DNA from: Balanoglossus misakiensis
Taxonomy: Eukaryota > Animalia > Hemichordata
NCBI GenBank assembly: GCA_040954595.2
Contig: CM082595.2
Span: forward strand, 1,490,635-1,554,634
Reading direction: 5' to 3'
Length of the DNA stretch: 64,000 nt
Below, piece after piece: positions 12,301 through 27,300 of the stretch. Below the pieces are notes generated by a model that was not told the origin of the DNA, ran no database searches, and worked only from the letters and a program-made list of their open reading frames with translations. Position 1 is the stretch's first letter, and every line of letters begins with the position of its first letter. Position numbers and translations under genes: made by a program.

Positions 12301-15300
12301 ATGTAGTGTTGCTTTGCATTAATTACATACTGCTACATTATCAAAATACTACACATTTATGTAGTGTTGTTTCTATGTATTATAATTATATTGCTACATT
12401 ATCCAAATGTTACAAATTTATGTAGTGTTTCTTCCTATTATAATTACATACTAATATATTATTAAAATGTTATAAATTTCAAGGATTTACAACATGGCAC
12501 ACAATGGTTGAAACACTTTGATACTAACGTCAGCAAATTTCATATTTGTCGCCTTCTGAACAACAGAAATATTACTTACACAAAGCGACAAACTTCACAG
12601 TTGCCAATCTGTAACTACTTTGCCGATAGCTTTGTCAAGTCTCGTTGACCTTTGGCCCTTTTCAACTACTTTTGGTCAAAGGTTACACCAATCACACAAC
12701 AAAGAATAGAATGACTGACAGTAAAGGTGGAAAGGTGACAGTTAATCAATCCGTAATCAGCAAAGTATCAAGCGGCCATTATTCTATAATGTCAATACAT
12801 TCCAAAATCACTACACGATTACACTTGTGAAGCAGATTAATCTACGAAGTGAGGTCAACTTTTAACCAGGACATCACATCATGTGCTTCTTGAAGTTTTA
12901 CCCTACATTCAACAGTGAATATTGTACTTTAAGCCTTCAGTTTTCCTCCTTTCAGGAAATACTCGAAAATTACAACAAAGAAAGATACATTTTCATCAAG
13001 CATAATTCCTATTATCTTAAAAAATTAATGTACAGATTGGTGGCAATCTTTATTTTCAAAGATAGGTTTCTCATTTCCATCAATCCAACTTTGAATGCAA
13101 TGGTACAATGGTATAAGGATTATCTTCAAGAAAGACCATTATGATACTTGAGCATCTGATACTCAATAATCCAAGGTTTCATGACTGACATTTCAGATGG
13201 TACAAATTATACGTAATGTAAAACTAAAAACACTTTTGACATTTAAGATGGTATATCTTATGAAATGTAGAACTAAAAAGCAAAATGTTATCTATCTAAA
13301 GTTACAGCACTGCATGTTGTATGAAATTTGCCTGTTGCCAATCTAGGCTCAGGCAAGATTTTTAACCCTTTGGTGTTTGGTTTAGACAGGTTTTAATGTA
13401 GTAATGGTCACCATACAGGAACAAAAATCCTTTGCGTACAGTCTCAGTACTGTAGAGTGACCTGAGTGAGCTTGCATTCCATTTTTAATAGTACTTGCAA
13501 ATATAAAAGCCCAAGAATAAAGACTTGGGAAGTTTGGATTCAAGGCATGTGCATTCTACAAAGTCTAGGGAATACAAAATACAGATTTGAGGTGAGCTTG
13601 GATTTCAGGTTAGTGAACATGTCAATCGTTTTCATGTTGAAAAACATCTTGGCAATTTGGTACTTTCTTGTAATATGTTACCGAATATGGGACTATCCCC
13701 CATGACCTGAACTTTCTGTCCTGTGGACTGTTTAGCCCACTGCACAGGTCTAGATCAAAGTATTTAGCAACAGGGGTGGCAGGGTGTAAGGGTGGCATCA
13801 GGATCTGAATACCAATAGAGGACAGACCACTAAATTGGACTTGCCAAGTCCAATTTTTTGTTGCATGTTGATTGTAGACCAATCATAACATTTAGATTTG
13901 TCACATGCAGCTGCTTCACCAATCAGAGTTAAGTATTTCCTTACCTTGTTTCTGGGTTGTACCCAAGGACATAGAAGAAGCTGTCTTCTTTTGCTGCATC
14001 AAATTCTCTGACACCCAGTATGTCTTTATAGTGATGTACTTTGCATTTACCTCTGGAATAAAGATTTGGAATAATACTGTAATTAATATTCATGATGACA
14101 AAATCATTTGAAGATGACCATTTAATCTCTCAATGATACCATTCTAATCCCTATACAAGAGACCACACTAAGCTGTAACAAGAAACCTTGGTAGTCTTTG
14201 TGAAAGTCTACTCGAAACTCCACAAGACACTATTTTGTTTGAGCTAAGCTTTAGAACCTCTCTTTTAAGTCGATAAAACTGAACAGACAAACACAGTGTT
14301 TTTTTAAATATAACCTATGACAGTCTTCCTCACATCTGTGAGATATCCCTTACTCAGACAGATTTCATATCCGCTAAATAATTAAGAACTAAGCAAAACA
14401 GTCTGGTTTCTACTAGTTACATGACAGAAATCCACACTGTCTTAACATAACCTGTATTGACTTCCGAAGATTGAGTTGGACTAATCTGTATTAACTCTGC
14501 TGGCCACATTGCCTCTCCTTTGTCTAGTATAATACACGTGACCTATAATACTAATGTTTCTATTTTGAAAACATTGCTTTAAGCACCGTGCTGTTGTACT
14601 ATATACGCCTGAAAGAATTACTGAACCATGAACTGTGCATTGACACAGTATAGTTGTTTTTGCTAGTATTGAAAATACCACAGATAGTTTTATGAAAGCA
14701 AAGCTGCTGGCTAGCTATTAAATACTGTGATTATGCAGACATCCTACCTGAGTGCCGAGATTGGGTAAGAATCGCTGGCGTCCGATATGAAGAGTTCTCT
14801 TCCTTTAATGGTCTTATCCTTAAGAAGATTGCCGATCCCTGAGTCTGTGGAATAAGCACACGGTGTGTTCGATTTGTCAGACATTAACCAGCTAATGAAT
14901 TTTATCTACAGCCATAGACAATGAAATCCAGAAAATGTCAGCCATTGCCAGTGATATGACCTCTGACATAAGTCAAGAATGCCGTAGTAATTCTAACACG
15001 AGAGGGCAGTAATGCTTAGAACGACGGCGCCAGCCGTCATACGTCAGCTATTATGGTAGAACAGAGACACTGAGGTAGAAAGATCGATAATGTATGCACT
15101 TGAAATTAAAGGGGAATGTCTTCTGAACTGCACACTGTGACTGTTTTGTTACAAACTAACAACATTTGATACATCTTGTAACAAAGTAACTAAAAATGTG
15201 CCTAATAGTAATGATGTATTGTTTGCCATGATGTATAGTGTAATACAAAGTAACAAATATGTTGTATTCGATGATGTACATTGTTGCAGTTACGCTACTT

Positions 15301-18300
15301 TGACAAGTTAGTGACGCATACCCGCAGAGAGAACAGCCTGCGCCCTTTAAAGATTTGGGGGATTTTTACATTTTTATCAGACATTCTCCATACGCCACAG
15401 GTAAATTTGACTGAAATACGGCATGAAAACTTCACCAAGATGATTGGTGTATGGTATGATACCCCCTCAGATTACCAATTCAGACAATTTGACAAAACGA
15501 AATGAAACAAAATGAAACGAACAGAAAAATGATACATGGCAATTGGAATAAAATAATAATGACATTTGTTTAATATACAAATTGAATGACAGTGATACAA
15601 CACAGTAGATATCATATGATATGGTAATCACTACCAATCCATCAATGATATTGATAATCACGGTCAATTTGTAAGTTAATCACGAAACTATCTCAGAGAT
15701 GTCTTTACTGTAATCTGAAACAGCTGAGCCAATATGAAATGGAGCTGGTTTTTCCCTCTTTTTAATTTTTCAGGACTGCTGAAACAATAAGCACTTGTCA
15801 GCTTCCTTTCACAAAAATATAACAAGTTAAAACTCACTGTTTTCAATGTGTCTATCTTGTACTAGGAGCTGATACACTGAATCTGGTACTTCAGACGGCC
15901 GATAAAACCACTTGACTGTTACATGAAGTGTGTCTCGCTTGCTCTGTGAAGAAAGGAATGACAAACAACATTAGTTGATGACCAACGAAAACTGGCATCA
16001 TGTCAGAGTATTATTAAATAATCCTTCAAAATGAAATCACTTTGGCATGATCTAGTAGTTAGCGTGCTATTTTTTACATCAGTTATCGTGAATCGTGAAT
16101 GCAAAACAACATCCCTTGACAAAACTGGCCGGATCATTCTCTGACGATTGACAACGTCACAAGAAACCTCTCATTTCTAATAAAATGGCTTCGAACAACA
16201 CAACAATGTATAAAAAAAATATCCATGTAAGGAGACATTTAGACTACAGGAAGTTACTAGTGTTTGTGTTGTCTTCCAGGCAACAACAAACGCACACGGA
16301 TAAACATGATCAGAAGATGGAAAATTTGTCTCTGTTTGTCAAAACCTCTAGGTTTTTTGTCAATCCTTTCAAGTACATTACTCAATGTGTACTAGCTGCA
16401 ATGTAATGACTTTAAAATTGAGTACATAAGACGACAAACACAGCGTTGATTATACACGGACAAGAATACAAATACACAGTGTTTATACTGAACGCAGTTG
16501 AGTAGTCTTGGAATACATGGTTGAATTCACAATGAATAGGAGGTCTGTATTATTCATATAGATAAGGACTAGCAGAGGTTGTAAGTAACAGGAATGACAA
16601 TGTGGCTATCAGTAACAGTTTTTGTTGACCTATGGTTGGAATGATGGGTAATTTAACAAACACAGGGTATGAAATCAGAGCTGGGAACTTCGCTAGAGTT
16701 TATTGATTCCTGCACGCAGTCAATATTCTAGAAAGCACCTTCTTCTGGTAAATGGCAAGATAATGTGTTCAATCTTCATGAAAGTAAATGAATGTCCTCA
16801 GGCAATAAAGGGGTGTGTGATCACTCAGAATAATGCAGAGACTCAGAGAATATAAGCTATCAGGATCACACAATGTATTTGTCTGTCATGTCACTGATAT
16901 GTGTACTGAATCAGTGATATCACCACAAACAGCAGAAAATAACTGAAAGGTTTTCAAACGATGTCAGTACACTCCAAGGATCAATTGAACACTGCATGCC
17001 TGGAATAAGCCACTGTCTACTTTAGAATGACCCTTGCGATCGTTTGTACCACGCTCTGGTTACATAGTCAACATAGTGAGTGACCAGCATTAAACATTCT
17101 ATGCACATGCTCCCATAAGCTGATATTCCTCAACAAATCCCCTTCAATTTAAACATAACACCTTGAGATTTGTTCATTCAGGGTTTATATGCGGTTCACT
17201 ACTGACAATGTCACCTGATTTGCAAAATCAGACACTTTGAAATGGCTACTTAGGGGAGGCAACACATTTATTTAAATGAATGCGACAGATGCAAGCCTTT
17301 TCTAAATGACTTTTTATCGTACTCTACATAAAACTTCAATGTTTAAGTCGTGTAGCTGACACATTAACCCTGCCATAAACACAATTTGGTTCAACTTTCA
17401 GTATTTTCAATTGAGCCAAAACCATCAGGAAGGAGTACACTGAAAGATTTTGACCTTTCTCTTGTCGTTATTCCTCAAGTAAAATTTCAAAAATAACACC
17501 TACCAGATGTTTCAACAAAAAATGATTGAATTTTCCTGAAACTGTTTTTTCCCCATAGCCCTGTTTCTTCTAATGCATTTTCTGCCAGGGTTGACAGATT
17601 TGTTCCGATACATTGACTCCCTTCACATCAATTCACGCAAAAGAGTTCATTTATTGATGACAGGATGAGTCCAAATTTATGACAGAGTTATATCTGTTTA
17701 ATTTAATCCTCTTAAAACAGTACTCAGTAAAATCAACAAAGTTCTTTTTTCCATTTAGACATTTATTTCATTTGATGTTTATAGAAAACAGTTCCATTCT
17801 ATTATGATGAGCATTATTATTTGTAAAAACCCTTAGAAAGGAAATGAAAACAGTCTTCAGTGACCTTTGAGTAAATTAACCAGGCCGTGACCAAGCTTAC
17901 ATCCGGTGAAGGCCAAAGTTGTTTTGTGTACATGTGGATCTCAACCTTCACCACTTGTAGTGCACTCCAAGTGGTCAAAACAAGAGATGTTTATTCCCCA
18001 AAATGTCAATACTGAGATTCAGGTATATTTTAACAATTTAAGAAGAAAATATTGCCATTTCCTACATTTTTAAAATATAAGACTTTCATTTATTTAAAAC
18101 TCAGATTAATTGAAGATCAGAACAAAATTAGTACAAAACACATTTTGTGATTTATACGTCCAAATGTACATGTTATTAGAAAGTTTAACACTTGAAGTAA
18201 CGTTGATGGGGATAATGTAATGACAATAGATTAAGAGAGTGTATAATCATGCTGCCATAATGTGTCTTTCCTGTGCTGAGGCAATAATGTTGCTGTATCA

Positions 18301-21300
18301 ATATTACACGTATCATAAAATTTATGAAATGGAACACTGCATGATTTGCAAACGGAAAAGGCACCTGACACAAAGCCACATATTGAAATGGCGGAGTTTA
18401 TGGGCAACCATAACATCACAGATCTACAGCACACTGTTACAACATGCAAATAAATTATACTGACCATCATGTAAAAGACATAAAAAGGCTTTATATAAGC
18501 TCTTATAAAGACAGGCTTTCTGCCTGAGGGGAGATTTTGATGTCCACATCTGACACTATAGTTGATGACTTATCGGATATGTAATAAGATGTTCCTTGGT
18601 ATTACTGTTAGCTGCAATCTGATATGCCATCCTCAATTTGAATATCCCGGACGTGGTATTGTACGATGTCTACATCAATCTTTAACTCTTATCAAATTCA
18701 GTCATTCCCTCTTGTGAGCACATCAAATATGCACACTGTACAACACATCAACGGAACAATGCATGAAGTACTAGCTAGCCTAGCTGACTAAACTAAACCC
18801 ATTCTGAGCCAAAACATACTTAAACACCAGTATTGACATCACCAATTGCAAAGACCAACAGTCACAAAACAATACAGTACAGCACAGGCAATCAACTGTC
18901 AGTTGCATATGAACTTTGAGGTGTACATGTACAATTGTACATTCAAAGTATTGTGCACCGTACAGTATAAAGATATTCATACAAAATTTGTCCAAATCCT
19001 GATCCATTTCGTTATATTATTCAGGAAGTGTTTCATTTTTCTGTCAGTTGCTAAAAATGCCCCATCCAGGGCTCATTTTGTAGCCAGTTTAACAAAGTAT
19101 TTGTCAGAAAATTGGAAGTATCGTTTATCAGAGAATACAGAGATACAATTACAGAAGAGCCAGAATGTCCTTATTCCATCAACTCATCAATACCATCTAA
19201 ATTGAACACTTAAGAAGCAATCTCCCATGATGTTACACACAATTTATGATGTATTGTCAGTAATTCCCAGTCAAAATTTCAAAATTGGTGATTTTTCATG
19301 ATATCCGTCTTTGTCGCTGATTCCTCTCAACAAACTTTCAAGACTAGTTAAAATGAGCCCAGGCATTCTGGCAAACAAATTATAAAGCAATTTTATAATG
19401 GATATCAGTTCAAGTGAATGTTGTTGATAGTGGCCATGAAAGGGTTAACAGAAGATCACTGTTACGAGATACTTACATGAATAATCAGTGTGCAGAAAAT
19501 AGAGACTAAATAAATTGGAAGGGTGAGAAAACTGTTCCCATGGCAACAGATTCGATGACCAGTATATAATTTCCTGTTTAACAAAAACTATCAATTTTTA
19601 TTGACAACTTCGGAGAAGATTAAACCGCTGTGATGCACATTTACATCCTTATTGATCGGGCAAAAGGGGTTACTATGGCAACGAAAGGACAGGTGTTGCG
19701 ATATGTTAGGAAGAGAGGTGGACAAGCTTATCAAAGCCATTAGATGTCATAGCTACTGCTCCTGTCATGAATTTCAATCAAATTGCTTTCACTGCATATC
19801 GTTTAATGATCGAAGGAATGTTCATATTTCCCACCTCCATTCAGTGTATTGTATGATGTGAACTGTAAACCATCTTTTACACACAGGTAATGTATTTGCT
19901 GGAAATGAAACCTGACAGGTCCAATCTACAATATTAAACCTTTATTGAAAAGTGGAAACTGAAATGTTCAATGATAATATTAATCAAATAGTGATGTCAG
20001 AGTGGTTTCAGAGTCCAGTATAAATGATGTTATGAACACAAATATGAATGGACATTGCAATTCTGAATACAGCTGACTGAACATTTCATTTAATAACCTT
20101 TTCAGTGTGGACACCATTCAGATGAAATGTATTTTTCACTTTGCATGCATACGGTGGTTCGATTAGACTTAAAGCCTCTCTAGCTGTATCTTTATGCATT
20201 TTACTTTATGCCCCAAAATACCGTGCAATCCTTGGAGAGGTTGTGGTTTCCCATAATTAAGTAATATTGCCTTTGAATCAACCCTTGAATCAACCTAGTT
20301 GGTGAATTTTAAACACTTTTTTTCTTAATGTGACTGTCATGTGTCCGTTTCAAAACACGAAGTGAATTGACCATCAGTAGTTTGCGATGACCTTTCCTAA
20401 GTGGATGACAAATTTCTGTGAATGTCGCAAAATGAAAATTGTCAATTTACACAGTAAATTGATACACTGTATCAAAGAAATACATAGTAGCATGATCTAT
20501 GTAGACATGCCTATTTGCCAGATTGCATCAGGCTACATTCTAATTCAATACACACAGCTGTTGGCAACATATTCATTTCGAGCTAAAGTGCTTGCAGAAG
20601 GAAAGAGCTTGTCACGTCAATAAATAAGTCAACGCTACACGTTTAAAATGTTAACTCGCAAATGAAACTGGCAAAGGTTAATACTACATTTCATAATTAA
20701 AGTAATACCCTACACTTTGATGCATGTATAGGTGGATCACAGAAAACACTGTATTATTCAGTTTACACCCTGCGAATAAATACATCAATTTCATTTGAAA
20801 ATTCTGACCATAACATGCCCATCTTCCATTTCGGTTACTATAGCAACTAAGTCACCATGGTGACCAAGTTTATTTTTATAGGTGACTGGGAAAAACATGT
20901 GTTTAGTTCAAAATGACCAGTTGTGTCACCATAAAAGCATCTTATTTTTATCGTCGCTAAAAACAAAGAGCAATTCACTCAGACTGCGCAAATGTACGTG
21001 ACCTGACATGCCGCCAACATAGTTTGCACTTTTAATACTGACAAATGAAGAGACCTGTTTGGGGAATGCATAATGGCTACACCTCCGGGCAGTAAAACAA
21101 TATCAAAGCTTCAATCAGTCATTATATTAACAACATAGCCAATCTCTAAGGGTCCACATTATACAACGTCACGCTGCATATGATATCAACCCACAGCTAT
21201 ACTTGATGGGCATTTAAAGGAGAATGAGATATACACACAATCATAGCAGTACCTCAAGGAGGAAATAAGATAAAATAGGGTATACCTGAAACAATGTTTG

Positions 21301-24300
21301 AATTTCACCTGTGGCAAAAAACTAGAGCACATCAACTCAATAATGGCAGAATTTTAGACTAGTTCTAAAGAGCGAACTGGTGGTGAATGTAAACTTACCA
21401 GTCTAAATTCCTGAATGCCACAGATAAAATATGGCATATCTGCTCGTTGGCTTTCAATGTAAACATTATCTGTAAAGAAAAGAAAACAGATTATTAGAAA
21501 TAAGAGATGATCAATGTGATGTTTTCTTCAGACATGTCATTTATCAAAATTTAACAATTCAATTAATTATTTAAAAGGAAGCACATAATGAAGGGTAATT
21601 AACGGGTAGTAATTAAACATGACTGGCTAATGATATTACCAATCATAAAATAATCACAAGGTCATTTTAATTACCGTATGTCATAATTTACATAACCCCC
21701 CTTTTCCAGTCCCTTTCACATAGACCAGCATATTAAAAGAACCTCTATAAACTGGACATCTTTGCAAACCGAACAATTTCTTCAGTTCTTTCGGTGTTCA
21801 TTTTATATATTAATTTTACAGTGTATGTTATTAAGATTTCCTCTGGATAGGATTTCATATCTTGCTTATAATTCGCAAACCATATTATGACAGTTCTAGT
21901 TACTGTGCCGGTTTAGTCAGTTTTATTTCAATACAATGTGATGGCTCTAATTAGTTTAGGATGTATACTGCACACGACGGTGACATGACAAATCATTTCC
22001 ACTCGGATAAACTCCGATGTACTGATGGAACACATCAACATCAAGTTACACCGGTGAGGCCAGTCATGAAATTGTCAAATTGAAAACATCCATGGCTTCC
22101 TCCATTAAAAGGTGCCATATTGACATATCACAGTAGAGGTTATGCAAAATCGTTAATACTGACAAATAAACAGAATAACCTTTAATCATTAGGTATTTAA
22201 ATCAAATTTAAGAACAGGATTCTAGAATTTATAAAACATTGACACAGTTAATCACTGAAGTGAATTAATTATGCGGCATTATACACTCACATTTATAATT
22301 AACACACTGTGATAATTAGCTTGATCCTGTACATGTCAGCTCTCAATTAAATTCATGATTGACAGGCACTGAAGTGACTGAAAATCTATCTAATGACTGC
22401 AAAACTATGACCTCTACAGAAAAATAGTGAATCATTAAATTTCTTCTTGAAAGCAAGAAAAGGCTTTTGTTATTGAAGTTTTTAAGATTCATCCAGGATA
22501 TCCTGTCTTGTAAATATGGAAACCCTTTCTATAAAAACAGAATGACGTATAAATGTACTTGTTTACTAGAACACTGGACATTTTGAAAGCTATTTTTATC
22601 AATCATAATAAGCATCATCAATAACAAATGTTGGTAAAATTGTACATGCTTATATAAGGTCTCCAAATAACTCACGAAGCTTTATAGGAAGACACTGGAG
22701 GAGAATCTATACAAATTGTCTGAATACAGTGAGATGAAGTCCATATAATAAAGCATACAAGGCATTACTTATATTTGCATGTAATTATTGAAATGACATT
22801 TGCGTGAAACCGCAAGTTTTGATGACTGTTCGCCCCAGAGTTCCCGCACTGAATAATAATGATCAATAAAGTGGCGCCCTCTTCAGTTCAGATTTAGCTG
22901 AATGAGCTTTGTTGAATTTGAAAGTTTACAAAAAATCTTTGATGACAGGAATAAACCGCAAATTGCCAGTAAGATGTTTTTATTATTATTTCCAATCTCG
23001 GAGTTATATTTAAATTGTTGAATTCCTGTAGCAATACAGTTTGATGTTCTCACCATATGGTGTTTACGACAGTCATACTTGGATTTTAACGGACAATAAA
23101 GTGTTTCTCACATTCTCAATTTTTGATGTCTCATATCTCCAAAGCCCAATGATAATACAACTGATTGTTAAAAAGTTTCATAAAAAGAATTATCGCTGCA
23201 ACATGTGTTAAATTGTCAGATCAGATTATGTATCATGTGTTCCTCATCAAAATTATAGGGCACCTTATTTTTTTTCTGAATCACCTTAGTTTAGTACAAC
23301 TGTACTAGAAAAATTAGCTTTATCACTGCATCCTGTTACAAAAACAGGAATATTGCAAAGGAAATTGATCTTCGAGTAGACCATGTTCTTGTATGCACTG
23401 CAGTTCATAGTGATATCTCAACAAAACATCATTGATCGATCGCTTAACACAAGAGAATCATTGCAGATATGGCGTACCACAGAAATCCGTTTCTTTATCC
23501 CCTCATACATGCACGTATGCTATCTTGAAATGTTCAAGGGTTGAATTTTTATACAATCAAGATTTTTGTCTGGTGTATACACATGAGATAGTGTGTGCTC
23601 TGATAATGATGTTGTCATGGTTACTGCAGCATTTTCTTTCCTTTCGATGATAATGGTTAGATTCCGGGAGATCATTTATGCATTCAAGCATTTCAGAAAT
23701 GAAATGCCAGCTGTAATTTTTCCTGATTGATAATATGATACAGATACAGTCAGTATTGTAACACAGATTCTTTGACAGTGATTAGCACAAAATGCTTGTA
23801 CTTCAATGATATCAAATGACTCCCTTACTATAAATCATGCCATTACATTCAAAATAAGACTAGTTACCTTCTGATCATTATCTACATGTATGTGAACTTT
23901 ATTATTACATTTGAATTAAGACAATATGTTGAGCTTTAGATACATAATACAGAAAGATATGGGCTACGAAAGGCCGTTTACAGTGAGTAAGAATTCAAAT
24001 CCATGATCTTACTGTAGGGCAACAGCACAAGGCCGATAACCAGGGCAAGATTATGGACCAGGGCAATAGCAAGGAGGGCAATAGTAGGGAACTACTCAGG
24101 TCAATAGCAAGTATACATCCCATTCCCAGGGTAATATGTAATATTCATCTAGTGCCAGGATATTGTCGACATACCCTTTCCATTACTGAAAACAATTACA
24201 AGGAGTCAGCAATATTCTTCAGATTTTTATGATTATTATAAGTTAGTGGTTTTTGCATGAAGAGAGCAGTAAAAGAAAGTGCCTGGGAATTTTACATTCT

Positions 24301-27300
24301 TCTTTGGACGGATGGTTTCATTTCATGTGCCCTGGGGGCAATAACAAGGCGGTGACCCAGGGAAATAACATTCTACCAAAGGTGGTTATTACTGTCAGTG
24401 TATTGACAGATTATAAGCACTGTGAAACATCCTATCTTTTACACGGCCCTTGGCTATACCTGACACACACACACACAGTGCAATCACTGTCAAATCTACC
24501 TTTTGACTACACCATTGTTGCCTAGTCTCCTTTCCACCAACACACTGTTAACATGTTGAACAGACACGTCTGTTGTTGTATTCAGTGTTTGAATACACCT
24601 CACACATCCCCATTACCCACCGGACATAAATCATTCATTACATTTCACTAAGGTGGGACACCTCTGACATGTTGCTTTCAATAGCACCGTACATTGTGTA
24701 ATTTTAACCACAATCGTTTCCTGAGGTATACCTTCACAAATGTTCGAAGAATTGGACTTGTCATACCTTGAATACTAGATCCTGTGGTTACAGAAACTCA
24801 ATATCTTTTTAAACTCTAAAGATCTCTCCGTTTTAGAATGTCCTGCCTCCGAGCATATGTGGTTTGACTACTTGTCCGGTCAGGGGGTTTCTATTGAGAA
24901 TCTAGCATAGTGGGTGGTTACGGTGTATTCATCTCACAGATCTTTGTGTGGGGTAATACCAATAGCAATTTTCATTTCAAGACTAAACCAATGTCTTCTC
25001 AAAAGTAACCAATGCAATTATAAGAATCTGTGTTTTAAATTTGCCATGCTCATGATAAAATCTCAGCACACAGTCACTGGTAACTCTGATAGTAGCATAC
25101 ACTCTACCAGATCGGCTGAAGTTTTACAAGTGCCTGGGTAATAGTCTCAATATCTGCAACAAACTGGTTGAGTAATTGGCCGATTTGCTGTCCGCTTTTT
25201 TTATCAGTATGCTTCAAACTAAAAGGCGAACAATGTTACTCTTTTGTTGATCACATCAATTCAAAACCGTTGAATCCCAAAGTAAGCCTACCTTCAGAGT
25301 CAGGTAATAGAACCTTTCAAAAACCTCAGTTAACCTCTGTCACAGCTGACATAAATTCAGCATAAATTCAAATTCCTCATGTCATTTGACCTGGCTGTAC
25401 AATTATTGGTATTTTCGACAAATGGAATGTGAGAATCATTTAAGAATTTAGAAAGGGAAATTAGTATCAATGTAGTTAACGGATAAGAGCTGACACGCAT
25501 GATTGGACTTTAATAGATGTTGTAGGGGCCAGATTCTAGTGCATGACAACACCCTCTGAAACAGCAGAGCCATGGTAATAACAATGGAGGATTTAACTCT
25601 TCACTCTCCGCACTTTGAAGTCAACACACCGGAACAATGCTGCAAAACATTCCAAGAATGTCAACGCAACATCTGAGTTACACACAGGATAATCTTAAAA
25701 ACCCAGCCAACGTTGTGGTTACTGGTAAACATGTCTGAGTATGTCACAACTAGAAACCAGACTTTTACAGTTATATAGGGGGGTCACAATCAATCAGCCC
25801 TACTGCATCACGTTGCAAAACAAAATAAGCATATATATACACTCTTCGTGTTCAAGCTCTGAATCAAATACAGTGCAAGTTATTTTTTTTAACGCAGACA
25901 TCAATAAGGCCTAGATAACTACTGTACCAAGAAGTCCCCTCAGGGCAACAGGGTCAAGATTTGATGGCTGATGACATTACACAGTAAAGCAGAAATATCG
26001 GCTCTTTCAGTCACAAGTAAAAACAGATGTAATTGATGAAGATAACACAAAAACTACGAAACAAAACATACCCACGGGACCTATCACTGCATTCATAAGG
26101 AGACCTTAAATCAACAAAATTTCCTTCCCCAATAACACTATTTATTTCTATGTTCCTGCTAGAATGGAGATTAAGAGAAAATTAAGTAGTATTTTATAGA
26201 AAGGTAACAACCTAACTGACAGGCAATGAATGGTGAGTGGAATGCACATTAATTATTGACGAGTGAGCAACTATGAAGGAGGCTGTAGGTGCAATTACTA
26301 CAGCAAGGACATATCTACATGGTTGAACTGCAAAGCAATCTATTACTGTATAATCAATGGTATGTATGCCTGCATATTTTGCGTCCTTAGTCACAGAAGA
26401 AGGAGATTATTCCCTGTCTAATCTCAGAAATGTGTTCAAACACATTTATCAAAAAAATCTGAATTAACCTCTTACCCGATTATCTTATGATGTTGCAACA
26501 ATTTTCGTTTATTTCAGAATGCATTTCACATATATGATACAAACTTGGTGTATTTTCACATAAAGCAATATTCTCCTGTGTTCATATTAGAACAAGTAAA
26601 CTGATTAGTCAAATTTTACACATATTTTTGTCACCCTGCTACTAATGTGGCCGGGCCATCTGATACTCAAGAGGTTAAGTCAGGATATATTTTCTTTCGC
26701 TAGTAATGACACGTGGATTACACAAGCCACCACTTTGTAAATTACCAATTCCTGTAAGTGTGTGAGGTTGCTATATTTTCCTTTCGTCAACTCTGACATA
26801 TCAAATTTCAAACTTCTGTCAGCTTCAAGTGGATTGTGTTTGATATTTTCAGATTTGGAAGTATTTTTATCATTCGGTTTCACTCCTGAGAATATTGATC
26901 TGGACCACATAATAATTTGATATCTTGCTGTCTCAAGGATTAAACTATACCTGAAATGTACAATGACGAAGTACATTTACTGCACAATTTATAAGTTTCA
27001 TGTGAAATGTAGTTTGGCATACATTGGAGGCTCCTCTTCATATCATACAACTACAGATGAAGGATGTTTTATAATATCAGTCAAAGTGAAGCCAAGTCAC
27101 ATGTGTAACAGCCTAGGTCAGGGTGAATTATTCAATAAATGTACGATACAACAGTTTTGATGTCATAATCTGGAGAGTGGGTTTCAAAAACTCAGGTACT
27201 GTCAATTACATGACCTGATCATTTGCAAAGATACCAATGACAGGGCGTGCTTATAAATACTGAAAATTCAATGAATGATGCCCACACAATGGATGCAAAC

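Noticed and set aside
12230-12480. Regularly spaced repeats superficially like a CRISPR array
   Set aside because: Units are contiguous degenerate tandem copies without unique spacers; eukaryotic intron; no cas genes.
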